A stretch of DNA of 63,849 nt, counting the filler, from Choristocarpus tenellus KU-1152 (taxonomy: Eukaryota > Protista > Phaeophyceae): assembly GCA_964200185.2 (NCBI GenBank). It is 12 parts of 12 records of this genome, joined end to end, with 100 filler letters (N's around TTAATTAATTAA, not from the genome) between each part and the next. Parts side by side here need not be neighbours in the genome. Positions count along the whole stretch, not along the records: positions 47,976 to 52,059 come from CAXNAD020016302.1; positions 52,160 to 56,529 come from CAXNAD020014867.1; positions 56,630 to 61,243 come from CAXNAD020013791.1; positions 61,344 to 63,849 come from CAXNAD020027239.1; 8 more parts are not named here. The stretch is one strand, 5' to 3'. The notes under the pieces were generated by a model, which made no database searches, was not told the DNA's origin, and worked only from the letters and a program-made list of their open reading frames with translations. The translations under genes and the position numbers were made by a program. This document shows, one piece after another, positions 51,027-63,787 of the stretch. Positions within the stretch are counted from its first letter, which is position 1. Each line of letters starts with the position of its first letter.

Positions 51027-51288
51027 GCTAGGGGTGATCTGTATGTTGGTAGACAGGACATCAAAAAATGAAATTCAAAACAGAGTTGATGCAACGCCAA
51101 TGCCATCCATGTTTCATAAACTCTTTTTTGAATTTTGAAGGGGAGAAAGGAATAAGAGTGGTTTACGGTATAGGCTAAATCGACCTTCTTTGACTAACGG
51201 ACTGGTTAAAGTAGAGGCAACCTCTCCAAGGATCGCAAGGATATTTCTGAGTACATCTGGATTCCCGATCCTTATCAGTTGTGAAAAC
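51027..51288. promoter_or_regulatory. Putative bidirectional promoter
   Basis: 262 bp between the divergent start codons of the F-box/RCC1 gene and MSH2. Confidence 0.5.
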
Positions 51289-52059
51289 ATGTCGGATGAA
51301 AATGGGGCAGGTATTCGAACTGATGAGGTGGAGAGGGCTGCAGTAGCCCTCCGCTTTAAGGTCACCAATCATCAGCGCACAGTGGGTGTTGCAGCGCGCC
51401 AGCCGCGACAACGGAATGGAATGGATGATAATGTATGCATCCTCATAGGTAGTCTCACTTCGATCCAATCTCGCATGGGAGATCCCGATTCTGCTACCCA
51501 ACAAAGAGCATTCCTCGCACCATATTCATTGCACCGTGACAAATTCCCCTACCTCTACTATCGATTGCTCCTTAGATCCCTCTATCTATCTTTGACAAGC
51601 GCATTAATATGATCATGGAAGGCTCACCATGTATCTCTCTTCATGTAAGCAGCACCCATGCCACATTTCCCCACATGGGATTGGACCTCCTCTGTGAAAA
51701 CAGGTGAGGTGGACACTGGTGGTATATGAGTTTCTAGACAACGATCAGTTCAGCAACTTGGACACACTCATGCTTCAGCTCGCGCCGCAAAGTTGCCTCA
51801 TTACTCTTGGTCCCGAGGCTGCCAAGGGCCGTCCGCGAGGTGACATGGCAAAGGTGATCAATCTCATGGAGCGTCAGGATGTGGAGGTGGTGGACGTCAA
51901 GGCTTCCCTCTTCCGCTCCGACGACATTGTCCGTCAGATGCAGACCCTGCTTGGTGAGGAAGCTTCCCTCGCTCAACACAGTCTGGGAATCGATATGCCT
52001 TTGGGCGCCACCTGTCTAGGGTGCCTCTTCACACACCTTCATCTGGCGGGGAGTGGGGG
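51289..52059 (+). CDS. MSH2: DNA mismatch repair protein MSH2, 5' part
   Basis: Exons 51289-51432 (QRTVGVAAR) and 51704 to the contig end (YEFLDNDQFSNLDTLMLQLAPQSC) carry the MSH2 connector-domain signature EFxDNDxFSNL. Confidence 0.88.
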
Positions 52060-53616
52060 NNNNNNNNNNNNNNNNNNNNNNNNNNNNNNNNNNNNNNNNN
52101 NNNTTAATTAATTAANNNNNNNNNNNNNNNNNNNNNNNNNNNNNNNNNNNNNNNNNNNNTAAATTAGTGTGGACGATCACAAACTCCACACTGTAGAATA
52201 ATAATATGATAGTCAAGGCTAGAGTCTCACCCACACGTTTAGTCATCGGAGTAGAGACCACAAAGACCCTTGTAATATTAACCTTGTTCATCCATACTAA
52301 GCTGTCCTTTGTCCTTCTCTACAGACACCAAGCAATCTCTTCAGGTTTATCACCTTTATGCTCTTTGATGATTTTGGGGATACTTTAACAACTTTGGCTC
52401 AGAGATTGTGATGTCAGCTTAGAGAACACAATGGAACACCTTGACATGAAAAAGGTTAGCGAAGTCGTGAGCATGTCCACAGCATCATTAGCGCTCAGGA
52501 ATGGATGCAACTAGAAACGTAGGGGGACGCAATTGAAGCCTTGATGCAGTACCTTAGGAATGAGAGCTATTTTAGTGGAGGTGGTCTGTGTTACGAACAC
52601 AGCAAATAAGGCTGGTGAGGATTGGGGTGGATTGTCTTGAGATCAGAGAGCGTGACACAGGATAACGATGATGATTATGGAAATGGTGGTGCAAGGGCGA
52701 GTCTTCCTCCACCTTCCTCCAATTTGAAGTGGTACGATTTTTCTTTAATTCGAGGCAAAGGCAGAAGATATTTGATTAGATGGGGCGTGAACATTGCTGC
52801 ACAGCAATAATGGAATTCTAAATTGCTTTTGCTTTGAAAACTTCAATGCATACCGATATCAGATGGAGTTCTTTGACTGATTGTTGTTGCAGGGTGCATC
52901 ATTAGCCAAAGGTTGATGGTATATGTGGTCAGCATATAAATCAAGCTTTACAAGGTCTTAAGTGTATGGGATCAGCAGATCAGTTGGCCTAAAAAAACTA
53001 ATGAGGTTGATGGAATGTGGTCCTCATCACATCATTAACCTCATAATCAAGGTCTGAGGGCATGGGGGCCAGCAAAGTAGAAAGCCTCAACACAAGTCAA
53101 AGAGAGGTATGTAGGGCCGCTCATATAGGTCTCTTGTATCTCGTCCAAACAAAAGATACTGAGGAATTGGGAAACCAGAAGAAAAACCTTTACCTTGTCA
53201 ACAGAGGTTGATACAGATGCATGATTTGACAGTGCTTTAACATGTATTATTCCATGGTTTAATCAACACTCCGATGTGTGAAAACACAACCACATGTACA
53301 ACGTGAACAAAACCAATGCAGCCCAGACATGATCAGTAGACGATGAGTAAACAGCTCTCCTTCCTCACATTTTTATGTGATTAATATTGGAGCCTACAGC
53401 GACAACAATGTTCCAAGGGGACTTTAGGACAATGTTCGTAGCTCAACTCTCAATACAATACAAGGTAACCGTACAGTCATTCAATCATGTCAGAGGATCA
53501 TGACGCTCAAAAACAAAGAAGACATATGACTCACTTTAAGCCCCATCACTTACTCAGTGGTGAACTTGAATATTTGTTTTTGTTGAGGATACTCATTTCT
53601 TGATGATCAATAAGTA

Positions 53617-55350
53617 CTCCCTCAGTACCATAGGTCTGGACTGTTTTAAGTTGTTATGTTCGGGAGGACTTCCAATTACAACATGGTCCTTTGCGTTGGA
53701 TTCCTTGAAATATTTGACATTAAAAAACTATGTCTCACCTTTCTTTGACACCATCAACCCACCAATCCAAGGGCCGCCGCGGAGGCCACTTAGTCTACTT
53801 CGACTGATCTAGTCAACCTGCCCTCCCGCTGCCTTTTTCTGGTACAGGTGTGCTCTACCTCGAAATCGTTCCCCCCCAGCGCCCTTAACACCTGAATGTA
53901 CCTCTTAAACAGACTCTGCCACACCCTCTCGAGCATGTCTGTGTCGTATGTGTGGAATGTGCTTGAAACCTCCTCTACACAAGTTAATCAATTGTGCTGT
54001 AACACTCAGCCCAAAACCTAATCTTCAGCGACGCAAAACCCCCAAGGCATTGATGTTTAGATCCGGCAACTGTGCTGACTTGCGTCTCAAGCTTAATGTT
54101 CCGTCCTTCCTCCATTCCTGCTGTGTTCAGCTTCTGCACCACACCCTTTCCCACATGCAGGGGGTCGCGCCGTCCTGCTGTATGGAGACCTCCCCTGTTT
54201 CCAGACACGGCATTTTCTCCTTGATTGCTGGCAACAAATGCTCCGTGTACCACTTCAGGTACCACTCGACGTTGACACCGACCTCGTACTTCTTGCCCTT
54301 CGTGTGCACGCTGTAGTCAATTGAGCCTCCTTTGTGATGCAAACCCACCAGATCCTGAACCTGTCGTCAAAATCATGGGAAGGGTCCTTGCACGAAACGG
54401 TGGAGATGAACATCACTCTGGAAATGTGACTCTTGTGCTGCACCTTCATGAGTATAAGTATCTTAGAGGGTACGAGTTTTGCCCTGTTTGTCCGTTTGGG
54501 CCTTGACTTCCCATGGGGTCTTTATTACATTATCCTACTGGAAAATATTCCTGAGTAGGTAAAATGTATACGTTATGAAATGGTGTGTCCGGAATAAGGA
54601 TATTGACAATTCCTAACAAACACGATAGCCAAAATTACATGAAAATCGCAACATTGGATTGTGGTCCCCAAATGGGCGCGGCTCTACCTTCTAAGATACT
54701 TTGGCTCCATCAAGCCCATCTTTTCCTCCCCCAGGAACATACACACCATCTCTCGTTCACAGATGAAGTAGAGCCACGCCTTGTCAATGTGAACAGTGTT
54801 GAGGCCAGTCCTGTAAGTATTGCAGTTGTGGGAAATCTGGCCGAGTATGAAGTCCACCCTCTTCTTCTTGTGAGAAAACGAAAGGCTAGGGGTGACGCGC
54901 CGCTGAACCCTCGTTGCCCCCATGGTTTCAAGCTAGCAGTGAAGCTATAAGCTGCCAAATGTGAGGCCCACCTCAGCTAGCTTGGTGAAAAGTTGATCGA
55001 TAGCCAGCGTGCGATTACTGACATTGATTATTTCCCGCATCTTTGCTCGTTTCGTTGGCGTAAAGTCCGACGGCCGTCCAGATCATGCTTGTGATTTTAG
55101 GGAAACGGGATTCCCCCTGTCAAACGGTTCTTTGACGCGCACCCACACCCTTCTAGGGTGTCTCTCTTCCACTCGAAACTCTTTCGCCAATTTAGACCCT
55201 ACACCCCTCTAGAGCCTCTTGTGAGTTGGAGGAATAGCCAATGCATAAGGCAGAGCATGTGTAGTCCGACCTTCCTCGGCCAGCTCACAGTTCTTTCCTT
55301 GAGACGGTGGGCTTCATGCCGGGGACGATGGGTTGTGGGGGCTCACCATG
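53617..55350 (-). pseudogene. Tc1/mariner (plant-type DD39D) transposase pseudogene with one TIR
   Basis: VHIDKAWLY, VQHKSHISRVMFI, LLPAIKEKMP, IQQDGA and QLPDLNI..LG.FASL motifs with frameshifts. TA+CTCCCTCAGT (Stowaway/mariner-type terminus) at 53615-53626; the other TIR was not found. Confidence 0.88.
54450..54707 (-). mobile_element. MITE family B inserted in the mariner transposase, TSD CAT
   Basis: gagtataagtatcttagaggg...ctaagatactttggctc flanked by cat/cat. Confidence 0.93.
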
Positions 55351-56629
55351 AGGATTGTGTAAGTGTTACACTGCTCCACATTGTAGTAGGAACATAATTT
55401 TTTTTAAAGAATATGCCCTATTTTGCATTCCATTGTTTCGAAACCATTCCAAAACATAATTTTCTGTACAACTCTATTTAGTTTTTTAATTTGAAATATT
55501 ACAAGGAATCCAACACAAATTGTCCGTAATCTTTTCACCACCACTTGTGTGCATTCATGCATAAGGAAGGTTGCAAGATTACAGAACATGGCAATACTAA
55601 ATTATCCAAACGTCCTCCCACATATATAAACGGTCTATTTGCAAAGGGTTGATAGACTTGGTAAACAATAGATGTATGTCAAGGCTGGTCTTGAAGAGGG
55701 TTGACTGAGATTTGCTCCTGTTATCTCGTCTCCTTACCAAACCATAGACTATGGTTATCGATGACAAAATGACACAAAAACGATTCTCTAACTAGATGGT
55801 CAACCTTTGTAAAGGATATTGTGATATGTGAGTAACAGAAGATCTGGACCAAGACGAACGAATCATGAACAGGATAGGAGGGGATCTGTATCAGACATAC
55901 AACCCAATAACCTATTTACTTGAACCATTGGTTGTTTTACTACTACATCAATATGTATTATAAACAGAATATCGGAAGGATTATGGTACCACTAAACATC
56001 AATTCTCAAGTCAAGAAAGGTTGGGACGAGAAATTTCCTGATTATCCAGTCCATTTTGGTGCACGATAGGCTGCAATCGTTGCACGGCATTGTGGGATTT
56101 ATTTTGTTCCTTTGTGATGGTCTCGAGAGGGTCCATAGGCACAAGGATTGAAGGCGATAGAAAAAACTTTTTAAATAAACAACGATCACGACCAGGTCTA
56201 TGGCCAGCATTACTATCAAGAGTGTACTGGTGAATATCGGGTTGAGAGGCTTGATGGTCTATATGTTACAGGCGAATAGCGTGAGCGTTTCTTCTTGTAT
56301 TTCAACAAAGTTTAAGCATTTGTTACACACGAATAGCGCGAGCATTTTCTCCTCATGTGTTAGGAAATACGAACATTTGTAACTGACATACAGTGCGAAG
56401 ATTGTTTCTCGAGTTCTGACAAGTGCGAACTATATACGATATTAGTAACACATAGGTTAACGTTACAGAATAAGTGATTATTTTAAGGAGATGCAGAGTA
56501 AGATTCGGAATACCTACGTAACACTACAGNNNNNNNNNNNNNNNNNNNNNNNNNNNNNNNNNNNNNNNNNNNNTTAATTAATTAANNNNNNNNNNNNNNN
56601 NNNNNNNNNNNNNNNNNNNNNNNNNNNNN

Positions 56630-56668
56630 AACGGACGCCGGCACCCCCCCCCCCAGATACTTTGACCG
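56630..56668 (+). mobile_element. MITE right end (B-variant type)
   Basis: aacggacgccggcac+polyC+agatactttgaccg. Confidence 0.8.
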
Positions 56669-57112
56669 ATCAGCCATGCTAGAGCAGCACTGAAGGTCGC
56701 CCAAATAACCTACACTACCATAGGTGTCTGTTGATATCGGTTTTACTCATTTGTTTATTTTTTCTTCCATCCATTGTTGTTTTTCTTTCTTCTCTTTGAT
56801 ACCTTCATTTTTTGATCAGAATTCCCTGTTGGTCACTGTGAAGGTCGAAGTTATGCAGAGACCTTACCGCTTCACATGCACGCTTAGTAAGATCCTCATA
56901 TTCTGCAAAGGTGCGCACAGACCCCCCCCCAGCGCACCCCACCTGTTTTACCCAGTCAGAACCCTACCCTGAGCCATTTCTCCTAGTACTACTCCAGCAC
57001 TGTACGTTTGACTGTTTGGTCAGATGTTCTCCTTCTCCTCTTTGTCCCACATCACAACACTCTGCAGTACCCGATACTGGCCATAGGAAGTCAGTTGTCC
57101 TTCACTGCACAG

Positions 57113-57351
57113 ATACCTCTTTCGAGACGTGTTGCAGTGGCAGGGGGGGCAGCAGACACTCCAAGGAGCCCACATAGTGGGACAGGGGCAAGGGCAAAGC
57201 CAAACAGTGCAGCAGAGGGTAGGGTCTGGCGCAGACATGGTAGGATGGCAGAGGCAGTAAGAGGTTCGGGTGATAGGGCTGGACCAGAGGTCGAGCAGGG
57301 TCAAACAAGTCAAGGTGGTGGTGACACTATTTTTTCCTTCCCAAAAAGGCC
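57113..57351 (+). CDS. Possible internal exon, low complexity
   Basis: cacag acceptor, gtaagt donor, one open Gly/Arg/Ala-rich frame. Confidence 0.4.
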
Positions 57352-57464
57352 GTAAGTGACGTCCGACCCATATTCCCATGCTTTGCTTTGGGCATTTATA
57401 TTTTGCAAATATTTCAATAAATAGCACATGGGTGGGGGCTTACGAGGTAGTGGGGCGTGGGCCT

Positions 57465-57726
57465 GAGTCAAAGCATCTTAGAGGGTAGAGTCACGTCCAT
57501 TTGGGGTCAAAATCCAATGTTGCAATTTTGATGTATTTTTGGCTATCATGTTTGTTAGGAGATGTCAATATCCTTGTTCCAGACACACTTTTTTATAACA
57601 ACGTATACATTTTACCTATTCCGACACATTTTGGAGTAGGTAAAATGTCATCAAAAACCCGTGGGAAATCCAAGCTCCAAATGGACAAACAGGGAAAAAC
57701 TCGTACCCTCTAAGATACTTTCACTC
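57465..57726 (+). mobile_element. MITE family B, TSD CCT
   Basis: gagtcaaagcatcttagagggta...taccctctaagatactttcactc flanked by cct/cct. Confidence 0.93.
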
Positions 57727-57864
57727 CCTGCATTGTCCCTGAATCAATGCGCCATATCCAGGAAATGGTGTGCTGGCATACCGATCCTTCGGTCAACAAA
57801 ATTGTATTTTACAGCAACTATTCTGAGTTTGCAAAGGAAAAAGTTGAATAATATTGCTTGAATT

Positions 57865-57977
57865 AACAGCCGATTTCATTAAAAAATAAAAACATATCGA
57901 CACTTTATCCCAGTCAATTTTGGGTCAAGCCCATCCTCAATGAAAAGCTCCATCCTCAATTTTTGAAATCAGCTGTT
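57865..57977 (-). mobile_element. MITE family D, TSD AATT
   Basis: aacagccgatttc...gaaatcagctgtt flanked by aatt/aatt. Confidence 0.9.
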
Positions 57978-58025
57978 AATTGTACTTGAAAAGCAAATCA
58001 ATCATTCACATTCATGGTGAGTTAA

Positions 58026-58250
58026 GGCTCAAAGTATCTGGCGGCTGTCCATTTGGGGCCAATTTCTTCATGTCGCCATTTTTGGGTGACTTGATTCCGT
58101 GTGTTGGATGGATAATGAAAGTGCACTTTTCCTGGTTTTGGATTAAATGGACACTCTGGTGTAGACCCCTCCCCCCCCCCCCCCCTACCATAATTGCACA
58201 GATCCGTCCGGGGTGGTCAGGAGCTGGGTTGAGCAAAGATACTTTGGGTC
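58026..58250 (-). mobile_element. MITE family A with ~50 bp of extra sequence, TSD TAA
   Basis: ggctcaaagtatctg...agatactttgggtc flanked by taa/taa. Confidence 0.9.
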
Positions 58251-58452
58251 TAAACCCACTGAGTGGTAGGTAGGGCAGCATTGTAAGGATCCCGAGAAAG
58301 TGAGAAAGTGTCCATTTTGTACAATTGCAGAAATACCCACTGCTACATCGTTTGCTCACTTTGTGCGTGTGTATGGGAATATCAGTTTTGCCTACGCTAT
58401 TGTGCACATAGAGCAACGAAATAGAGTGTAATTGCACAGGGCAAGAAGCTGA

Positions 58453-58712
58453 GAGCCGAAGTATCTTAGAGGGTAGGCCACGTCCACTTGGGGGCCAAAA
58501 TCCAATATTTTGATTTGGATGTAATTTTGACTATCATGTTTGTTAGGAAGTGTGTCAATATCCTTGTTCGAGACACACCTTTTCATAACGTACACATTTT
58601 ACCTACTCCGAAACATTTTGGAGTAGGAAAATGTCATTAACAAATCCTTGGGAAGCCGAGCTCCAAATGGACAAACAGGGCAAAACTCGTACCGTCTAAG
58701 ATACTTTCACTC
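58453..58712 (+). mobile_element. MITE family B, TSD TGA
   Basis: gagccgaagtatcttagaggg...ctaagatactttcactc flanked by tga/tga. Confidence 0.93.
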
Positions 58713-59344
58713 TGACTTGGAGTGGAAAGGTGTCTAAACCTGCCTACCTCTCAATTGTTTTGGTTCTTGTAAGTCAGGGAACCCACTGGGACTTCAAATA
58801 GCACATCATAACATCCCGAAGAGGTTATTACGTGGATGTTTTGCCATCATATCTAGCTACTCCCCTGGTATGTTATCATAATGATGCACCACGAAGACAC
58901 CGGGAATTCAAACAATATATTACATCAGAAACTTCCCTGATAGTAGGTTGCTCTGGATCTTTCATGTCATCTGCTCCTTGTGTTGCTCTTGTACCTCTTG
59001 ATCAACTACAGATAGTACCAACTAAGTATATTGTTTCTGTTATTCTCATTACTACAAATAATACTATTGTTCAGCCAGCCCACTAATCATCATTCCACCT
59101 CCCCTCTCAGATGTTGTCATGTGATCCACTGCTTTTTTCATTCCGCAATGAGCGATTGCAACCACCTTTCAGCTGTTCACGGATAGTGTTGCTGATACAC
59201 TTTACACACCACTGGTCGAGTAGATAGTAGGATAGAGAGCCAGTGATAGATATACCAGAATGATTGAGTCACTAGTGTCTACTGATTTGTGTTATGTTCT
59301 AGATACGCTTGTCATATTGAAGACAAGCAAGAAAAAAAAAGTCC

Positions 59345-60631
59345 AGAAGATTGTTGACCCGATTCTCCCAGACTAACATAGCGTTTGGGACAACTGTAAG
59401 CGTTGTGTCCTTTTTCTCCACAGATATAATACGAATCTGTATAAGATCGGGACGAAACGACAGTGGGACAAGAAGATTGATGCCAGCACTCCACACGTTT
59501 TGGCTGCCGATCCTTCACAAAACCTGTATTTCCGTTCCTGGATCGAGGACCTCCAACCATCAATGCAGCACCATTATTGTCCATCCTTCGTTCACTTTGT
59601 CGTTTACGAAGTTGATACGTTTCGCAAACTCGTTTTTGGAGATCCATCCGTGCTGCTCGACCTCAACCTGTGACCTGGCGAATCTCAATGAAGTAGTCGT
59701 CAGTCAAACAATTGTGCTTCGCACTAAGTTGTTCTTCTTCGCCAGGTTCATCATCCAAGGATCGCATTTTCTTCACTATGTTTTCCAATTCCAAGATGAC
59801 TGTAGCCGGATCTTCACCAGCAGGTAAATGTAGAGAATTGAGTCTTGATCTCATCGTAGCCCTTTCTGTGATACCACTTCTCCTGAAGTGGTTTCGTAAA
59901 GTTTGGAAAGCTTCGGAAGGACTGTCATGGTTACTCGCCACTTTTTCCGCAAACCCGTCCAAAGCCATCGCCAGTGCAGCCATTACCATATTCGCCTTGT
60001 CTATTTTTCGGTCAGACCATCTTGACGCGTCCAAGCAATCACTGCTGACTCTGATGTGATCATCAGATAACAGCGTGTCTTTCCAAACCCCCATGGCAAC
60101 ACACAAAGAAATTTTCGCTCGAACAGAGTGAATCCATCACCGTCGTCATCACCACTGTAGACCTTGAACGTCGTTGGCAACGGAATCAGTCGTTTTACTC
60201 TTCGACCAGATGGTGTCCCCTGTTGTGCGGTTCTGCTAACCGCCCCTCTGTCATCTTCATCATCAGACTCGACAACTTCTCCACCTTCTTCAACTGGTGA
60301 TGTGAGTGTGTCGTATCTCCATACTCCACTCCTCTCGAAGTACGTCTTCTGTAACCGACGGCCTCCTCCATCGGGACTCCCCTTCCAATCGATTTAACGC
60401 TAGCCTTGAGAACTTAGCACAATTCGATAAGTCGTGCTAGCTACTATGTTAAAGAAATTGGTGTTCCCAAGACTTGTGTATGTAAATAACTCGANNNNNN
60501 NNNNTTGTACATGAAGTAAGGAAGGTGTAAGAAAGGAGAGCGAGCTTCAAAGCTCAAAGGGGGTCATCACCTTACGATTCACAACTAACAACCCGTCATT
60601 CAGTCCGTTGTACTAAAATAACCCGCGGACA
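59345..60631 (-). mobile_element. Second copy of the same Copia family (LTR, PBS, gag, zinc knuckle), truncated
   Basis: LTR 60447-60631; PBS tagtagctagc; gag AFQTLRNHFRRSGITERATMRSRLNSL; knuckle YICGEKGHNAYSCP; colinear with 17438-18830. Confidence 0.92.
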
Positions 60632-61095
60632 ATACGTTCGTTGTCACCTAACAAAGACATACTATCGGTTATACCATAATAACCCGCGGACAACATTTTC
60701 ATTATCCAACAATACTTCAACAACTCAATGTTTCTCCCAGAGAATCATATTTTACACATGAATAAAATGCATATTCTTAACATCCATCCCCATCGTTGAT
60801 TGACATATTGAACCCTGTCAATCAAGTAACTATGTCGTGTGCATTCCGAGCTCCAGCAAGCTCCCTCAATCACGTATTGGCCATCCCCAGCCAATTATAG
60901 TCCCGCACTCGATCCTATTGTCAGGTCACGAGAGTTCAATTGAATTACAGACAGCTCAACCACAGGAACTGATCTATGAATGCTTGTAAGGACTCCACCC
61001 ACGTTGGGGCTTACAGCTCTGTTATTTGTTGGAGTGAGCATAGATCCAGTCAAGGATCACATATGCTCCAAGCATCAGATGATGCAAACGCCTCA

Positions 61096-61243
61096 GGCTC
61101 AAAGTATCTGGGGGGAGGGGGGCTACACCAGGGTGTCCATTTGAATCCTGACCAGGAAACCTGCACGTACATTATCCATCCGACACATACAACCCCAAAT
61201 AACAGCCGATTTCAAAAATTGAGGATGGAGCTTTTCATTGAGG
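61096..61243 (+). mobile_element. MITE family A interrupted by family D (from 61201)
   Basis: A left half up to ..ccaaat, then aacagccgatttcaaaaattgagg. Confidence 0.88.
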
Positions 61244-61343
61244 NNNNNNNNNNNNNNNNNNNNNNNNNNNNNNNNNNNNNNNNNNNNTTAATTAATTAAN
61301 NNNNNNNNNNNNNNNNNNNNNNNNNNNNNNNNNNNNNNNNNNN

Positions 61344-61496
61344 GGGTCTACACAAGGGTGTCCATTTGGGTCAAAATCAGGAAAAGTGCATTTACAGTAA
61401 CCATCTGACGTATGCAACCAAATCACCCAAAAATTGCGAAATGAAAAAAATGACCCCAAATGGACAGTCGCCACCCCCTCACAGATACTTTGAGCC
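61344..61496 (+). mobile_element. MITE family A, left TIR lost at the contig start
   Basis: Consensus-like interior; ends cagatactttgagcc. Confidence 0.9.
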
Positions 61497-61601
61497 ATGA
61501 CTACTAGTGAGTTGTCATCATGCATTTCTCCAATGAGCAACTTAATTGCAGGATATTTTGTTGTTGTGGTAACCTGATGTCCACGTGCATAGTGGAGGGA
61601 A

Positions 61602-61858
61602 GAGCCAAAGTATTTAGAGGACAGGGCCGCGTCCATTTGGGGCCAAAATCCAGTGTTGCGATTTCAATGTAATTTTGGCTATCATGTTTGTTAGGAAGTG
61701 TCAACATCCTTGTTTCAAACACACCTTTTCATAACATCTACATTTTACCTACTCCGAAATATTTTGGAGCAAGTAAAATGTCATAAAAACCCCGAGGGAA
61801 GCCACGCCACTAATGGACAAACAGGGCAAAGCTCGTACCCTCTAAGATACTTCCACTC
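61602..61858 (+). mobile_element. MITE family B
   Basis: gagccaaagtatttagagg...ctctaagatacttccactc; flanks gaa/gga. Confidence 0.9.
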
Positions 61859-62308
61859 GGAAGGATTTGGGACTAAAATAATGATACAAGGTTTGTGTTT
61901 TTTGAAGTAGTCCCACTCTTTCCATATTGATACTAGAAATATGGTTAGGGCTAAGGGTTGCTATCACCGCTACTCCATCTACAAGCAAACTTTGCAGTCA
62001 CCGAGCTTCCGTATTCAATCCTACATTTGATATTATACACACAGCCCATATAAACATGGCATCAGGTCCAGTGGTTAGGGTTGCTGCGCAGAATTACGTG
62101 CGATCCTGGGGCACCCTCCAAAACGTAGGAATCTTACATCCACAGAACTACACATACCGATCCAATGACACCCGTACAACAGTGGTATCTCAATAACGGT
62201 CTCGAAAGGATTAGAAAGCATGGCTTCAAACCCTGACTGGCCCACCTTCTTTGCCAGTGGTTGACTCTTTAGAGCGAGCCATCCTATTTATGATTTTTCT
62301 TAGGATTT

Positions 62309-62567
62309 AAGTAAAAATTTCTTAGAGGGTACGAGTTTTGCCCTGTTTGTCCATTTTGGGCCTGGCTTCCCATGGGTCGTAATGACATTTTACCTACCCC
62401 GAAACCATTTCAGAGTAGGTAAAATATATACGTTATGAACAGGTGTGTCCGGATCAAGGATATTGACATCGCCTAACAAACCCCATAGCCATAATTACAT
62501 CAAAATCACAACATTGGATTTTGGTCCCCACATGGACGCGGCTCCACCCTCTAAGATACTTTGACTC
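62309..62567 (-). mobile_element. MITE family B
   Basis: Degenerate TIR+cttagagggtacgag...ctctaagatactttgactc. Confidence 0.9.
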
Positions 62568-62941
62568 ATTTAGGGTCCCTGTGTTTGCCTTCTGCTACAT
62601 GCATGTGCATCTAATATTCAGTACGGCGACTTTGCCTTATGTGGACGGACTTTTTTCTTCTCTAACCTCAACACAGGTCCAAAAAGGGAATTATCTCCAC
62701 TTCAGGCATGAGAATGAGTGTTGGATGGAAGAACTAAATTCCATTCCACTAAGAGAGCCTCATGACAGAGTTCCTGTTAAGATACAATGAGTGAGAGGAT
62801 AATACAGACTGGGAGGTTTGGGTAATGAATGGGCCCAACAGGAAAGGTGAACCTTTGATGACTGCTCTCAGAAGGAAGAATGTTCAGCTGGATAAAGCCT
62901 ATACCTATGATTTTTTCGGGACATTGATACCTTTCTACCAG

Positions 62942-63145
62942 CAACAGTCTCAAAAGTGGCACAAGACTACTTCCCTCCCTAATATAACTACAGCAGTGTC
63001 TCAATATTTCGACAAAAGGGCTAGCGTACATGCCTTATTGCCTTGGCGTGAGGCATATGTTTGTGTACAACAGCAATGGTTGTATTCGACACAAAACCAA
63101 CGGCAGCATCACCATGTGGATTGTATTGAAGATTTCAATGCAAAG
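62942..63145 (+). CDS. Possible exon with a PH-domain-like start
   Basis: Phase-0 exon with AG/GT sites; SQYFDKRASVHALLPWREAYVCVQQQWLY resembles PH strands 1-3. Confidence 0.35.
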
Positions 63146-63787
63146 GTTAGGCTTGTGACTGAAAGTAAGCGAGAGGTACCCACCCAGAGTTGCACTTTAA
63201 GGATGCTAAATATGTGCAAAATTCGGCAATTAAAAAAAACTGCGTATAGGATATTTCTGAATTGTGTCCAAACGTCTCAAACAATAGAGGAATTAACGCT
63301 CTCAAAAGTCAAACTTAGCATTCCATCCATAGAAATACTGGAGAATTGCAAAGATTAAAAACATGACAAAAAATGCAAAACGACCAATAATTGGGTACCT
63401 CTCTTTACTTTGGCTCTGTAGTAGAATTTTACTCTTCCCCTGCTAAAGAGACGTATTTTTGTTTCATCTTGCATGTCTTGAACAAAATGAACAGTGAATA
63501 GTTCCAGAGCACCCATCTTATATTCTTGGACACTGTTCTTTTGAAAATATTATCTTCAGTTCGCTATCCTCAAAAATGGGGAAATTTGAACAAGGTATAA
63601 TAAATGGTGAAAACCTATTTTTCAATTTCATTGTACATGCATGAAACACACCTCCTAGTTTAAGATCGGATGTGGCGGCGAAGCATTTCTACTTTTCCCA
63701 TCTGTTCATTACTCAAATGGAGTCATGTAAAGTGTATGTGTGCAAACACAAAATCTCCTTCATATTGGAGTATCTTAGCACCCTCCA

